Source: Octopus vulgaris
Lineage: Eukaryota
Length of the DNA stretch: 64,000 bases
Reading direction: 5' to 3'
Assembly (NCBI GenBank): GCA_951406725.2
Contig: OX597814.1
Span: forward strand, 179,490,001 to 179,554,000
The position numbers and the translations under genes were made by a program. Of the stretch, positions 12,701 through 27,343 are shown piece by piece (position 1 is the stretch's first letter; each line of letters opens with the position of its first letter). The notes beneath the pieces were generated by a model. That model was not told where the DNA came from and ran no database searches. It saw nothing but the letters and a program-made list of their open reading frames with translations.

Positions 12701-13627
12701 CCTATACATTTCAGATTTTACTGCTTTATAGAAAATCATTATAAGACTGAAGCAATGAGAATATAATTCAAGTAGACACTCGTCTACTCTTCGTGAAATA
12801 TAGATTTACAAAACGAGATTTATCAAGCGAGAAACAACCGAGTGATTACAAGAATTAAAGGAATTGTCAAGTTATCATAATTTACAGTGCAAGCAATAAC
12901 TGTTGCAAGTATCCTCTCGTTAATATGTAAATCTGAACTATTTATCGCTCTTACGATTCCATCGATGATTCTATAATTAGGCTACTGCACTGCTAGGAGA
13001 CAAATACGATTGGTCAAGTTAACCACACAGAAATATTATGTTCAGAGTGGGATACGTATGCATACTTATTCATTATACACAAACACAAAACACTCAAAAA
13101 CACACATAAACATACGCATATTCATATATTCATTTCTCATCACAGCAAAAATTACATATGTGAAAGAAATTGAAGTACAATAAAGGAGCCTGTGTAGCAC
13201 ATATGCTTTAGGGATAGAGAAAGAGAGAATCACTTAGGAAGAGGAAACATATCTGTATGTTCTTCAGATCCTAAGTAAATTTGTTTACTATATTTAGTAG
13301 AAAAAAAGTGAATGCTAATGCTCTTTATGAAAAACGTAATTTTAATACCAACATTTTCCATCAGCATTCATTTCATTTACTGAATAGAACGAATTAGTAG
13401 CGATCTCCTGGTGATATCAGCTCTTAACAAAAACCGATGGATGACCTTCAACGCTTTCCAGAATACGTCTGTGCCGTACCGCTCGCTATGTTAAAAGATA
13501 TGCACGCCGAAGATATACACGGAAGTATCTACAAGTTTACTTGCAACTTATTATCATGATTACGGAGATGTACATGCATAGCGAGTGTTTTGATCTGAGA
13601 TCTTGTATCGAAACGAAAGCGATTACT

Positions 13628-13839
13628 GCGTGGAAGACTTAAGTTAGCCATTCAGAAACACACAAAACCGTTAACTTAAACGGTTAACTTTAAAATTGAG
13701 CAGAGATGAACAGCTTTTTGTCAGTAATCAGGTCACAGTTTCGTTCGATCAAAATCTTGACACCGTATTACAAATAAACTTTTAAGCGAAATGAACGGTC
13801 ATTGTGTTCTTCTGAATGTCTAACTTATGTCTTCTACCC
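13628..13839. mobile_element. MITE-like element with ~45-bp imperfect terminal inverted repeats
   Basis: gaagacttaagttagccattcagaaacacacaaaaccgtt versus aacggtcattgtgttcttctgaatgtctaacttatgtcttc. Confidence 0.65.
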
Positions 13840-16259
13840 TACAATCACTGATAATCCTTGTTTCAACTGAAAAAAGATTGTTTTCCATTTCTCTCTGCTG
13901 TAAATGACTTTGAAATTAGCAAATAAATGTATTAAACACACTTATACATTCCACCATGGGATTTCCTACAATAAAATTTTCATTGTACATATTTTCCATT
14001 TATTGCAGATCAGCATTAAGATGTCTAGATGCAAACAATTTTCACGTCAAACTCTAGGCTAACATCCAATGAATTCTAACTGCTGTTCTAAGTACCACGA
14101 TATTCAGTTACAAAAGTGTGGTATTTTCGTTTTCAAATCTTCATTTCAATTATATGTTTGCCCTGCATATTACTTTTATCCGAAATACAACATATTTGTC
14201 ACTATGCATTAAACTATGCACAACTATTCATTCTTCATATTTTACTCACAATTTAGAAATCACTTGTTCTTGTTGTCAGCGTAACCAACACCCTAAGATT
14301 AAATAAACATAAGCTGCTCTGCCAACAACGCTTAAACGGAAGTGTGAAATATTAAATACTTGCACTGTTACGTATTACAATAACAAAGAAGGTACTGACG
14401 ATGAATTATGTATTTTGAAGAAGGAAAATATTTTCATATCTTTTTCTGTCTGGTTTAGGCGGTTAGTGTGATTGCATATTCAGTTTGAACCTAATGTCTC
14501 AAATGATTGTTACTCTTCATTGTATTATGATTAAGAATAGCTGTTATATAGCTTTTGAATTTTTCAGCCTGTTAACTATTGTGAAACACGATTTGATTTT
14601 TGAGAACCAAGAAAAGATATCGGAATATAGACTTGTCTTTAGAGTCGTTAGGCCGTATTAGAAGTGAGGATTATGAAAACATGCTAAATTACCAAGTTAC
14701 GCTGAAATCGCTGCACAATCTAAATTATATTTTATTTCTACCAGCCATCATGAAATCAAACTTCACTGTGACCTCTTAATTAGCATCCTACTTTACAATT
14801 GCCATGTTTCTTTTTACTACGAAAATAGAAACATTCTGTCCTCTAAACTAGAACACTAGAAACACGAACTGGATTCCAGAATATTTCTTAATCCCATTTC
14901 TTATCATAAAGAGATTAATGCTGTCATCAGTTGATATAATATTGGTTACGTAAAGAAGCTTAAACAATTTCACAAATTTGATTATCTCCAAGATGCTCCA
15001 ATTATATTTCTATCCAATATCTTAGAATCAACAGATGTGTATGATTCTCTTCTTTATGCTATCTTACTCACGCGTCTGCAACCTCTCCATCTTCCGATCA
15101 CTTTCTTTCTTATACTCTGCATACTTCATAACCCACAAACTAAGAGATATGCATCAAAATGTCCTCTGACTGGAAATATCTATTAAGTGTTGTCTCTTCT
15201 GATTCAATCAAGCATTTATGGTTTTCGTCTAAAACTGTTTTCACAGATATGAGCAGTTTTATTGTTTTCTATTTTCTTTTTCGATATTCTTTTTCTCTCT
15301 GATTAGTTGCCATAGTGAACTAGTGAAACGTGTCGGTTGAAGATTAACTAGAATGTTGTTCTGAGACCACTAAAATCTCTGTTTTTGTCTGTAATCAGTG
15401 ATAATATTGTCTACTAGAGCATTCTGAGACAGTTATTGGTTAATTATTATTTTTCTATTATTCTTCGTTTGAATGTAAAGACGCAAAGAATCTCAAGGGA
15501 TAGATGATTTTCTTTAAAATTAGCCATTGGATATCGATTCAAATATTTTACAAATTTCAATATTTCATGGCATGTTTCTAAGAAATTGTTTGCAAATAAA
15601 TCCAATCATTTCTTTGAAGTCCTTATCTGAAATTTTGGCATTGAATCTAGTAGAGAAAGAAGGAAAAAATGAAACAAAATAGAAATGCCTTGCACTAACT
15701 GTTAGTATTAACTATGCTGTCGTGTACGTTATTCACGTATCTCTATTTTCCTTTGTCTAGAATTTGGGTTGTGTTTCATTTTTTTTTCCTTCTAATGCAG
15801 GTATAGAAATAATTCATGTTCTCTCTTAAACATACACTGAAATTAAATTTAAATTTTCAATGTATACTAAGGAGTGTTTCCCTCATTCAAAACGACGTTT
15901 CTATTTGTATATTTCATCAGTGCAGCTCCATAGATAATTGAAAATATACATGTACATACGGATATACCCAAGCCTACCAAAGTAACAACCTACATTGATA
16001 CATACACAGACATGTATATGCCCACACACACGTAACATCATGATAAGTAAATAAATAAATTAACGTTGCGGCGAATTTCATCACATCGGCATACGAGGAC
16101 CATTCATTTTAGTGTAATGTATACTATTTTACAAAGACTACAGAGCAGAAAATATTTAGGTTCCCAAGCGTATAGCTGGAGTAACATCAAAAACTTGGAG
16201 GATAAATGCTCATTATAATCGCAGGATGTTATGCTTAGTTACATATATTTCAAGCTAAT

Positions 16260-16521
<262 letters not shown>

Positions 16522-17297
16522 AATCACATTTCAACTAAAATGTTATGCCTTTGTTACCCAGAAACAGCGTATAGCTACTATCTAACCAACGAGAAAGATA
16601 GAAATAAAGATAAATTCCATGTATTAGAAAATACCAATTTTATTATGCCAGTGTGGAAGATATTACCCACATGAGTAACTTTCCAAAAGTACTCGCAAGT
16701 AACGCACTATCTGTGATGCGATACATAGTCACGAAGAACCATTTATAATGCAATCCGCAAGAAGGATTGCTTTGATAGCTGTACCAGAGTCACAACAGAA
16801 CCAGCATAAAGATAAAGAATACTTGTGGAACATTCCAAAAAAAAAAAAGCACAAACTTTATATGAACACAAGAGACTAGATATGGTTCTTTGGGATTAGC
16901 GGTACAAACCACAGACTGTTTAGATATCATATGGCCGAGTTGATATGAATGGGTCGTTAAAAATTGCAGAAAAGGAGAAATTTTATGGAACAGTAATGAG
17001 AAAATTACAGCACATATACGTAAGCTAAAGACTTTCATTTGAATTATTACCACCGGTGCAGTGGACAATGTGAAAATATATTTGCATAAAAACCGGAATT
17101 GTTGTGGTTCTCCACATAAAAACAGAGCGAACTGATTCGCTCTCACCAAATGCAATGAATTTACTGTACAGTAAAATTATTAGCTATTCCACGATTCTAC
17201 ATTTGAGTTTGTAGGGTTGCTCACATGCACAGAGTGACATGTGATCACACACACACACATACACACACATACACATATGAGTAGTAATACGGCACAT

Positions 17298-17603
17298 ACA
17301 ACTATGTGAAGCCGCTGGAAACTGTAGTCAAAGCCTGACTGGAGACAATTGCTGTTGGAAAGACATATTTGTGGCAGCAGAATTCAGATCCTTACCATAT
17401 CACAGGAAAGAGTCAGAGGTGGTTGTCGAAGAATTTCTGCAACTTCAGCACACCTGATTCTGGGCTTCTAAAGCCCTCGAATGTAATCCTATTGATTATT
17501 CTGTGTATAGTGCGGTTAAGAATGACACCAACCGCTCTGCCTGCAACAGCAAGGCCGAGTTGGCAGCCAAGATCAAGGAGGTATTTGAATATGTTTCCCG
17601 ATA
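17298..17603 (+). mobile_element. decayed Tc1/mariner transposase fragment (same family as 24530-25350)
   Basis: YLWQQNSDPYHITGKSQRWLSKNF parallels YVWQQDSAPCHTRRRTQSWLSDNF at about 24968. Confidence 0.75.
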
Positions 17604-17606
17604 TAG

Positions 17607-19325
17607 ATTGAGAAGAACATGCGTTTTCCTGGTTTTGCAGTCTTCAAAGATCATTTTGTTTATCCGCAATTGGTCCTTGCATCCGTAGCTCCCTCTTCGA
17701 CAACCTTTGTGTTCTGGTGGTAGTAGGTTGTTTCCTTCTAGGAATGTGTATGTTCTTTCAGTGATTACAGATGTTAATATTTTATACATTGTTGGTAGAC
17801 AGGTGATTGGTCTATAGTTCTTTGGGTTTTCTCTGTCATTTGTTTTTGGTATTAGGTATGTCACTCCCTGTGTCAACCAGTCTGGGCTATTTTCTGGGTT
17901 TTTCATGACTTCGTTGTATGCTGATGGCATATCTCCATGTATATCAACTAGCTGTTTGATCCAGAAGTTTGCTACAAGATCTATTCCCGGTGACTTCCAA
18001 TTGCTGACCTTTTTCAGGGCCAGGGTGACCTCCTCCTTTTGAATATTTTCCCCTTCCTGTACTTCTTATTTTCCAGGGGTGTTTCTTATTCCTTAATCCA
18101 TTCTGCATCTTCATTATATTGTTTTTCATTTTCCCATATCGTACTCCAGAAAGTTTCCATATCCTCTTTCTTTGGCGGTTGCTCAACATCTATTTGTTGT
18201 TTACCGAGTTTCCTGTAATTTTTTTTTCCATTTTCTTTAAATAATTTGTTTTGTCTAAATTCTCTTTATATCTCGTGACAGTCGTTGTGCCTTTGCTTGG
18301 ATTTTTTGCTTTAGGTTTTCTTTTGCTTCAGGTATTTCATTTTTTTGTTTGATTCCATGCCTTTTGCATATTTTCTTGGCTTTTCTTTGGTTGACCTGGT
18401 TTCCGTTACCTATTTCGGTCAGTATTGATAGGTCACCTCTCAGGCATTGTATATCCTTTTCTAAGTTTTCTTTCCATTTTGGTTGTCTTTTCTTCTGTTG
18501 AGCAGTTTTCCGCTTTAGTTTTATGCCTTTTGCTTCAGTAATAGCTGCAGCAGTAGCACAGGCTAGTTGGTTTAGCGATTTTATATTTAGTGGCTCTATT
18601 GTTGATTTTATCTCATCTATTACATTATTGCCAATTTTAATCGACTCCTTCAGGTTCTTATCCATACTGACTTTTGGTAGAGGCTCTGTCTGTGGTGTCT
18701 TGTGCTTTTAGCTGTTCCCATTTTCTCTGTATTTCTTTTATCTCCAAATATTTCTCCCTATCCATGTCACTGTTTCGTGCTATTGGTTGTTTTACAGATT
18801 CTTCTATCTCATTACCCACAGAGGGCTCCTCAAATACATCCTCTTCTTGGTTTTCTGTAGTCCCTATTTTGATTTCATTTCTATTTGGTGCTATACGGTG
18901 AGATCTGTTGACTTTTACTTTTATTTCTTCCAGCTCAGTGTCTGTGAGCCTCCTGTTTTTAATGCTATCTCTTTGGACATTCCCTAACTTGTTGGGATCC
19001 ATCTTTAACCTTGAAGTTGGATTTTGTTGTTTCCATAATTGATAAGTCCTTTTTGTCGTGTTATCTTCTGATGGTGTGACCACCGCCGTGTAGTATGCTT
19101 CCATTACTAGTTTATACTCTTCCTGATTCCATTTAGTACTCGGTTTTTGTGTGTAGTATGGCTTTCATCGGTGGGGCTCCGGTTGAGATTTTCCTCGGTT
19201 AAGTTGCCCACAGCTGTCCGAGAGTGGGTAGAGTTCGAATCAACTTTTCGCTCCCAGCCTGACTTATCACTAGGGGGGCGCGCTTTTTGTTGACCCGCGA
19301 GACAAGCGATGCGGTTTGGGTTGTT
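17607..19325 (-). mobile_element. R4/Dong-like LINE, 5' part through early RT, 3'-truncated
   Basis: NYRPITCLPTMYKILTS...EHKGCRRGSYGCKDQL (RT subdomains 1-2). N-terminal MEAYY...LTDTELEEIK region. Frameshifted ORFs span 17496-19104. Confidence 0.85.
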
Positions 19326-19337
19326 TTTTATTGACTT

Positions 19338-19645
19338 TATTGTAGGTCACGACTGGTATGGCTAAAGTATTGATCGCTTCGATCCTGTTTCTCGCATTCA
19401 GCTCTGTCTTGAGTACTGCTCTTACTCTGCGATAACATTCTCTCCTGATCCTTTCCTTCATCACAGAATGCCTTATTCCGTCCCCTTCAACTAACCCTAG
19501 GTACTTGTAGCTCTCCGCTGGGTCTAACTCTTTTATGATATACTGCTGGTCAAGGTTAACGTTAGATGTTTCAGTCATTTTTTTTTATAAAGGTAGCTTT
19601 TGCACATTTATCGAGGCCAAGTTACATTCTGATGTCATTACTGAA
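19338..19645 (-). mobile_element. internal RT/thumb fragment of an R4/Dong-like LINE
   Basis: ESYKYLGLVEGDGIRHSVMKERIRRECYRRVRAVLKTELNARNRIEAINTLAIPVVTY. Abuts (TTC)n/(TTA)n at 19645-19742. Confidence 0.8.
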
Positions 19646-19647
19646 TT

Positions 19648-19725
<78 letters not shown>

Positions 19726-22700
19726 GTTATTGTTATTATTATTTCCTTCTTTCTTCAAACGTTCTTCCATTTCTCGCATGTAAAACAGTCTGACTGCGCC
19801 CCATGCAACTTAGAGTTTTGTAGGCTTCTTACAGAAAACTAGCCGCCGCGCTCAGTGGGCCAAATGAAAAGATACAGCAAGTCCTAGACTGCAACTGGAA
19901 AATGGGTTGCTGTTGGTTAAGGCGACTTACGTAGTGTTATTAGAAGTGAGGTTTGCATTCCGGCAAGACCAAATACATTAAGGGAAGAATTTCTTGAACC
20001 GTGAATCTGGACTGCTCTTTTATGGGACTTACGGGACAACAAATAGATGGCCGGAAGGGCGTGTGTGTGTATATAGTAGCTGTATGAGTGGGTAGATGTG
20101 TGCGTCTGATGTCTATGCGTGTGTATCTGCTATACTTGTGTGTAGTCGGGTCGCGTGCGTGTTTCAGCTGGTGCGCGAGTGAGAGCTGATGGCATTAGCC
20201 CGTTGTCGCGTATGTGCGTGCTAGCTAAGGCGGCGTACGTATGGGTACATGTGTGTATCGGCTATGTATGATTACTAGCGTGGGAGAATGTGGATGTATG
20301 CAACAGCTGTGTAAATAATCTGCGTGTGTACCAGCTGTATGTATGTGTATGTGTGTGTGAGAGTATATATATGCGAATACCTGTGCGTTAGTGCCTGCTG
20401 TATATGCGTATGTGCGCGTACGTGCTTAAGATGCGTGTATAGGTGTTTGTGCGTATGAATGAGTAATGAACATGAGTATGTACATTTTTGTATTTATAAG
20501 TTTAGGTATGAATGTTAGCGTGTTTGTCCGCAAGAAAATATATGCGCACGTATGTGTGTTTTTATTTAATGTGTGCGTTTTTATACATATACATAGCATG
20601 CTTTTGGTACTTATGAGTGCAAGTATTACTAGTGTATGCTAGAAAGGTTGTAACAGCGTTGCTCAACGGTAGTGATGGAATTTAGCGTTGGATTGAGATT
20701 TGTTAATGCTAGAGGAAGAAATAAAAAGAGTAAACACAAACTACATAGATATACATAGGTGTATGCATTGATGCTCATATCTACGTATATGGAGATGAAC
20801 GTAGGACGTTACGGGAAGTACATAAGTTTACAGGGTCGGTAGATGTCAGTGGTTGGGAACCCTGTCCTTCGATTTGGACCAGCCAGTTTTGAGATGTAGT
20901 CATATATATATATGGGAAAATAGGAAGTATAATACATTTTTCCTCCTAACAATTTTCTGCTACAGAACCTGCAGTTTCGAGAAGTATATGCTTCTCTTCG
21001 AGCCATTTTAGAAATCAGACTCCCTCTGTAAACAATAGTCGTATGACGCTGACTATAAAATTACGGGTTGCTTCAGACTTAAATTCCAGTCCGGTTTCAA
21101 TAGTTATCATTACATTTATGAATGATTTCTATATTAAAGTAGACAACGCATATCTGATCAGGGGTTGCAACAGGTTGGGAAGAGCCTTTTGAATACGGTA
21201 CGCTATGTGCATTCTTGCACAATATTATTGTGGTTTTTATTACTGACCACTGATTGATTTTATACTATTTTATGAAAGGAATTTAAGACTTGGCTTTGAG
21301 ATGGCTTTTCATTGTGTTAATTATGGTGCAACAGTTTGAATTATGATACGAGAGTGTAAGGTCTAGAATTTGTAGGAGTTTACTGTGTTAATTGCATGTG
21401 CTTCAAAAGAAAGAGAGAGTGATATATAATATTGTGATTTTGTTACCATCAGTAATGGCATCCGTGAAATAACAACAGACAAAAGATTGCTATGTCTCCA
21501 TTAGACAATGTTTCTGAAATATGTTTCTGAAATACTGGTTGGCGGTATATAATGTGGCGTGAATAATGGCTTCATTTTTGTGACAGCCAATAAACCATTA
21601 ATGCTCATGGTGAAACAGCGGAGGGTCCTCAAACAGATTACCAGCTGCGATTTTGTTTAGATGAATCAACTCATCATTAATAGAAATAATAGATCATGCA
21701 TATTTAATTTGACACCGCAAGTAGAAAATTCATGATGATGTTATTTGTTCTCAATGTTCCAGATTAGATAGATGCTTAAGTATGAATGCTTTACCTTATG
21801 TTCAACGGTTTTGATTAAGATATATAGGTGTGTTTAAATTTTTTTCGAAACTGTATGTTTTAGGATTCAGTCAAAGTATTCCATACATCTGGTGTCTTAT
21901 AGTATTCTATCGGTCGCACTAATAGTTTGCGAATGAAACTCCTGGGTTGAATTCGTGGGGAAAATTGCACACAGAATCACACACAATTTCACACACAATC
22001 ACACACAAACGCACACAAACACACGCACATACATGCACGCACACTTTAACACTCACACATACACAGACATTCGCGTGCACACACACACACAAACATGTTC
22101 TCGCAAACAGCATGACGCACCATCACCCCAAACACACACAAAATCTCTACACACATACACACCCAGAAACAAACATGGGATCTACTACTAAAACTGATTC
22201 ACAAAATCAGCCCCTTTAAATTTATTCAGATTGCTTTCAGTTTTGGTGTATCGATGCAATTCTGAATTTTGTTTAGAATCAACCAATTATTTTATCTCGT
22301 AAATTAAAGAATCTGATGTTATATGGAATTAAAGTTGAAAAAATTGGGTAATTATAGCCAATCAACAGACAATGATGCATTAAAAGCTTGTTACCATGAC
22401 AACCGCATGTTGTGTTGTGTTTCACTTCACCTGCACGTTGTGTGGTGTTTCACTTCACCCTCACGTTGTGTTGTGTTGATTCTTCACACCACGAGATTTA
22501 CTTCCCCCGCATGTTTTGTTTTAATAAAATTTATATTTATCAATTAGAATTTTATTATATATATTTTTTCGTCAATTGTTTTAATAGTTTACTTATTTTT
22601 CATATATATTTTTCATATATATTTTTCATTTATTTCGTGAAGTTTTTTTCTGTGTTTACATTCGTTGCAACGAATGCCTTTCAGTTTAAACCCAGGTCAG

Positions 22701-23656
22701 GTAAGAATGATCCATTCTGTATTTTATTTTCATTGAAGATGTAGGACAACATTATTTTATCACATAAACAACATCATTCGGCTTATATTATTTCGCTGAT
22801 AGTCCATTCCACTGCAAAATAATCTCAAAAATTTGAAGGCAGAAAAACAAGATGAGAAAACATAATAATAAGCATCAATTGTTTACAACCTGTACTCATT
22901 GTTTGCACTGTTAGAATTTGATCGACTGAACATTGAATAATTAAATCAGATTTCTATGAAGACAATTTGTCTCTGGAGAACCTATTCTTTGCGCAGAAAA
23001 AATATTACTAAAAAAGAACAGCATATTTCACAGATGCTAAATTATAAATTTCACAGTGTACAACCTTAAAGTTCACGACACGAAAACCTTAAAGTTGACA
23101 CAGCTAAACGTAAAAATTTTTATTCTCGCTATTGGTTAAAAATACAGTTTGTACGATTTTTAAATCTCTGTGACATTTTCCTCTAATTTCTTTCTCCACA
23201 ACATCATTCCTTCATAACAATATGAGTGAAAAACTACATTAATATAGACGATTTTCAGATTTTTTAAACTTCCTTTCTAAAAATGCACACACACGCATGC
23301 ATACATACTTACAAATATACATACACATACATGTAGAGATTGGAATGTGTGTGTGTGCGCGTGTATGTGTGGTTGTGTGCGGGCGTATTGTGCGTGTGTG
23401 TGTGTTCTTCTTTGTGGTCGTTAATCAGAAAATTCTTGAAAAGTATGATGCAAGTTGTTTACGAGCTTGAAACTCAGTTGTTGAACAAAAGGAAACAGAA
23501 TAATTGCTAGACATTAAAAACAAACGTTATGATAAGTTTGACCGATTAAAACCTTTCCAGGGGATATTCTGGCTTATACGCGAATTAACGATGCAATCAA
23601 ATATTTAAAAGACAAGCTAAGAATTAATTGTTAGAATATTTCATTTATTAGAAAGG

Positions 23657-23810
23657 GGCGAGCTGGCAGAATCGAGGTTGAAATTCCGCCGAGGTTGACT
23701 TTCGGGGTCGATAAAATAATTAAGTACCAGTTAAAGTACTGAGGTCAATATAATCGCCTTACCTCATCTCACGAAACTGCTGTCCTTGTGCATAAATTTG
23801 AAACCAATAT
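23657..23810 (+). mobile_element. internally deleted tRNA-derived SINE
   Basis: ggcgagctggcagaatcg...aaattccgccgaggttgactttcggggtcgataaa; same family as 36985 and 60265. Confidence 0.75.
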
Positions 23811-24529
23811 TTCATTTAACGTCCGCAAACTCTGCCGATGTAAACCAATGAAGAGTGCCGGAGTAGTTATGAACTAGGTAACAGTATGAAACAGCAAGAA
23901 AAGTGAACAAATGAACAGAAATATTACGGACATACTATTAAAAACAAATTCTACCAACTTATCACGAATTTTGACATATTAGAAATAAAACCTAACAGCG
24001 AATTCCAGTGAATTTTATTGGTCTGTCAGAATATTTTCTTTATTTTTATCTCAGATTTTGAATATGCTCTTAAATTCAGCACCAGTTACGAAGCTGTAAT
24101 GTAATATCTCCCAGTATTTCTTTTACTGTGTGCTATTTAAAGTGGACTTTCTTTTAACATTCTGACATCAGCTCTATGACCAGGTGGTCAGATTGGTCCA
24201 GTTAGTTCAGCAATAAGCCATGCTCGTTGGTATTTCTTGGAATATCATTTCACTTTGATGTCGTTAGTGTGATATTTTCTTTATTGTCTTCGATTTGCTT
24301 CTTTGTTAGTTTAAAATACTGCAGTCTTACAGAACTTATCCTTACCTTGCTACCTTTTCATTTCAAGAAATATAATTAGGAAGAGCATTTGCACACACAC
24401 ACTCACACACATACACACATATACATACATACATACATACATACATACATACATACATACATACATGCATGCATACATACATACATACATACATACATAC
24501 ATACATACATACATACATACATACATACA

Positions 24530-25350
24530 CACATGGTGTGATGAGTAAATTGTCGCCATGTTATATTCTTAATTTCGTGCATGCGCATTGTTTCCTTTGA
24601 ATTTTGTCGACTACACAGTACAGTAGGATCAGGTGGGCAGCGTCTGTGAGAAAACAACACCATGACGCAATTCCCTCTGCCAGATATTTGAAAACGATAT
24701 GCTGTACTGCTTGGCATTTGCACTGGAAGCTGCAATGCGAACATTTCAGAGTTTGGGGATGTCAATCAGAGAACAGCGCCAGTATCGAGAAAGATTAAGA
24801 TCAAAATCCAGTCAACATCATGGTGTTTGGAGTGATCACTAGTGATGGTGACCTTATGCCTTCATTCATCTTCCCACGCGGCTTCAGACTCAAAACGGAG
24901 GCCTACATCAAGTGACTGGAGGAGGTAGTGTTACCCTGGGTCAAGAGGTTGGCTCCTGGAAGACCCTATGTCTGGCAACAGGACTCTGCACCATGCCACA
25001 CAAGAAGGAGAACCCAGTCATGGTTGTCAGACAATTTCTGCGACCACATCACCCCTAACTCCCTAGATTGCAACACCCTTGATTATTATGTGCGGAGCAC
25101 AGTTGAGCGAGAGTCCAACAAAATTCCTTGTAACACCTAAGATCAACCGAGGGCAAGGATTATAGCAGCATTCCCCAACATAAACAAGGGGGCCGTCCAG
25201 GAGAGTTGCAGATTTTGAAGTTGTCTGGAGGCCGTGATTGACGCCAATGGCGATTTTATTGAATAAATCTTCTCTTAAGTATTTCAAGATATTTTTATGT
25301 AATTTTGGTAAATATATCTGTTAAACTGAGCTGTTAGTGTTATCTTACAT
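24530..25350 (+). mobile_element. decayed, internally deleted Tc1/mariner DDD transposon
   Basis: PVNIMVFGVITSDGDLMP...YVWQQDSAPCHT...PNSLDCNTLDYYV carries the second and third catalytic Asp motifs. In-frame stop present. Confidence 0.85.
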
Positions 25351-25644
25351 GTTAATTCAAGAACAGATAATTTAGTTGAATGAAGATTAAATTCCAAGTT
25401 AAGAATATTTGAATATCAAGCAATGACTTTGTTGTGTATCTCTAAGTATGTTGCTATATTCTGCAAGTAACCGAATACCTATGTCTACATTTTTTTTTTA
25501 CTAATTTTGGTTAATTTTATTAATACATGAAATGGTGGGTGACATTAAATAAACTTATACATAAACAATATCATTAATACATTACTTGCTTTATGTTAAA
25601 AGTCGTTCATATGGTTGCTTTCTCAATTTTAACATATACGTGTA

Positions 25645-25790
25645 GATGGCTGCCAAATAAGAAATCTGCTTCCCAAACACATGGCTCCAGGTTCCGTCCC
25701 AGCACCCTGGGCAAGTGTTTTCTTCTTCAGCCTCGAGCAGACCAAAACCTTCAGACGGCAACAGAAAGAAGCCCGTTGCATGTATATATA
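25645..25790 (+). mobile_element. decayed SINE head (family of 45412-45819)
   Basis: cacatggctccaggttccgtcccagcaccctgggcaagtgttttc...gaaagaagcccgt. Confidence 0.65.
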
Positions 25791-25869
25791 TTCTGAGATC
25801 CCCTTCGATCACAACATGGGATTGCCCCTAGAAAGTTAGACCATGGGATTGCCCCTAGAAATTTAGCCT

Positions 25870-26149
25870 CCCAGGCACAAGTCCTAGCAAGGTCTTATGG
25901 AAGACCAGCAGTCGCCCATGCATACCGGTCTCCCCTCTCCACGCCACCAGTGTTATCCAAGGAAAAGGCAACAGCAGATGCAGCTTGGCACCTGTGACGT
26001 CGCAACTCATTTCTACAGCTGAGTGAACTGGAGCAACGTGAAATAAAGCGTCTTGCTCAAGAACACAGCACGCAGACCGGTCCAGGATTCGAACTCACAA
26101 CATGATGATAGTAAGCTGGACGCTCTAACCACTGAACCATGCGCCTTCA

Positions 26150-26150
<1 letters not shown>
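25870..26150 (-). mobile_element. tRNA-derived SINE
   Basis: Minus strand shows A box tggttcagtgg and B box agttcgaatcc, then a central domain gtgttcttgagcaagacgctttatttcacgttgctccagttcactcagctg. Confidence 0.85.
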
Positions 26151-26229
<79 letters not shown>

Positions 26230-26254
26230 ATGTGTGTGTGTGTGCGTGTGTGCA

Positions 26255-26482
26255 TTTGTGTATGTGTCGGGGGTTCTTTTTGTCTATGCTTGCCCCCACC
26301 ACCGCTTGACAATCGGCTATGGTGTGTTTGCGTCAGCGTAAATTATAGGTTTGGTAAAAGAACGATAGAATAAGTTTCAGGCTTTAAAAATTAATTGTTG
26401 TGGTTGATTTGTTCGACTAAAATTCTCCAAGCCAGTGCCACAGTATGGCTACTCTCTGATGACTGAAGCCAATAAAAGAAAG
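26255..26482 (+). mobile_element. decayed SINE 3' half (family of 45412-45819)
   Basis: gcttgacaatcggctatggtgtgttt...gatagaataag...atgactgaagccaataaaaga. Confidence 0.65.
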
Positions 26483-27343
26483 TATATACATATATTATAT
26501 ATATACACATTCTCCTTATCACAGTTTTTCTGAAAATCTAATTCAATCTTCGCACCAAACTATTATTCACTAGAGATACACTTACTTTTAGATTTTCAAT
26601 AGTTTACTACATTCAAGGCCCTTAATAGCAATATTGATTTCATATGAGTCTTTGTCATTCCTTGTGCCTGAATCAGAAAGCAATATTTTAGTTTTCTAAC
26701 GTATGTTATAAAAACAAAAGAAATTTCTTCTGAAAATTCTCCAATGAATTCTAAAGCGTTGAACTTAAATTAGATGTCTAGTGAAAAGTTTATAATGTGG
26801 TTAGAGGTGCGCATAAATTATACTAATAAGAATTTTAAGTGCATTTTTTGCATAAGCGTTTTTGACCTTCTAACTACATTGCATGCAAAATAAAGGAATA
26901 TTTTAAACAAGGGCTAAGATACTGATGTATGCCTTCCAGTTATATACAGCTCGTGTGATTATTTATTCGTGTACATATTCATAATTCCTTGATGATTATG
27001 TTAGTATATATGTGGGTAATTCGAATCTACACATAACACTGAACCCACTATGTCATATGTACATGTGGACTTGATATAAAATATACTTTTAATCTCTAAT
27101 ACGTAGTGAGTACGTTTTTTTTCCAACAGTTAATACTAAACGGATATATATATACGTATATATGAATTAGAGGTTAGACAACCATCTAAGGGATAATAAA
27201 TATCCAATATGCTACTGGATGTATACCTATATATATCCAAATGCTTACTATTTTAAGGCAATAGTGCAATTAAATATTTCATATGTGTGGAGGTAAACAA
27301 AATTTTAACCAGAATTTATAAGGCAAGGAAGAAAATGGAGAAG

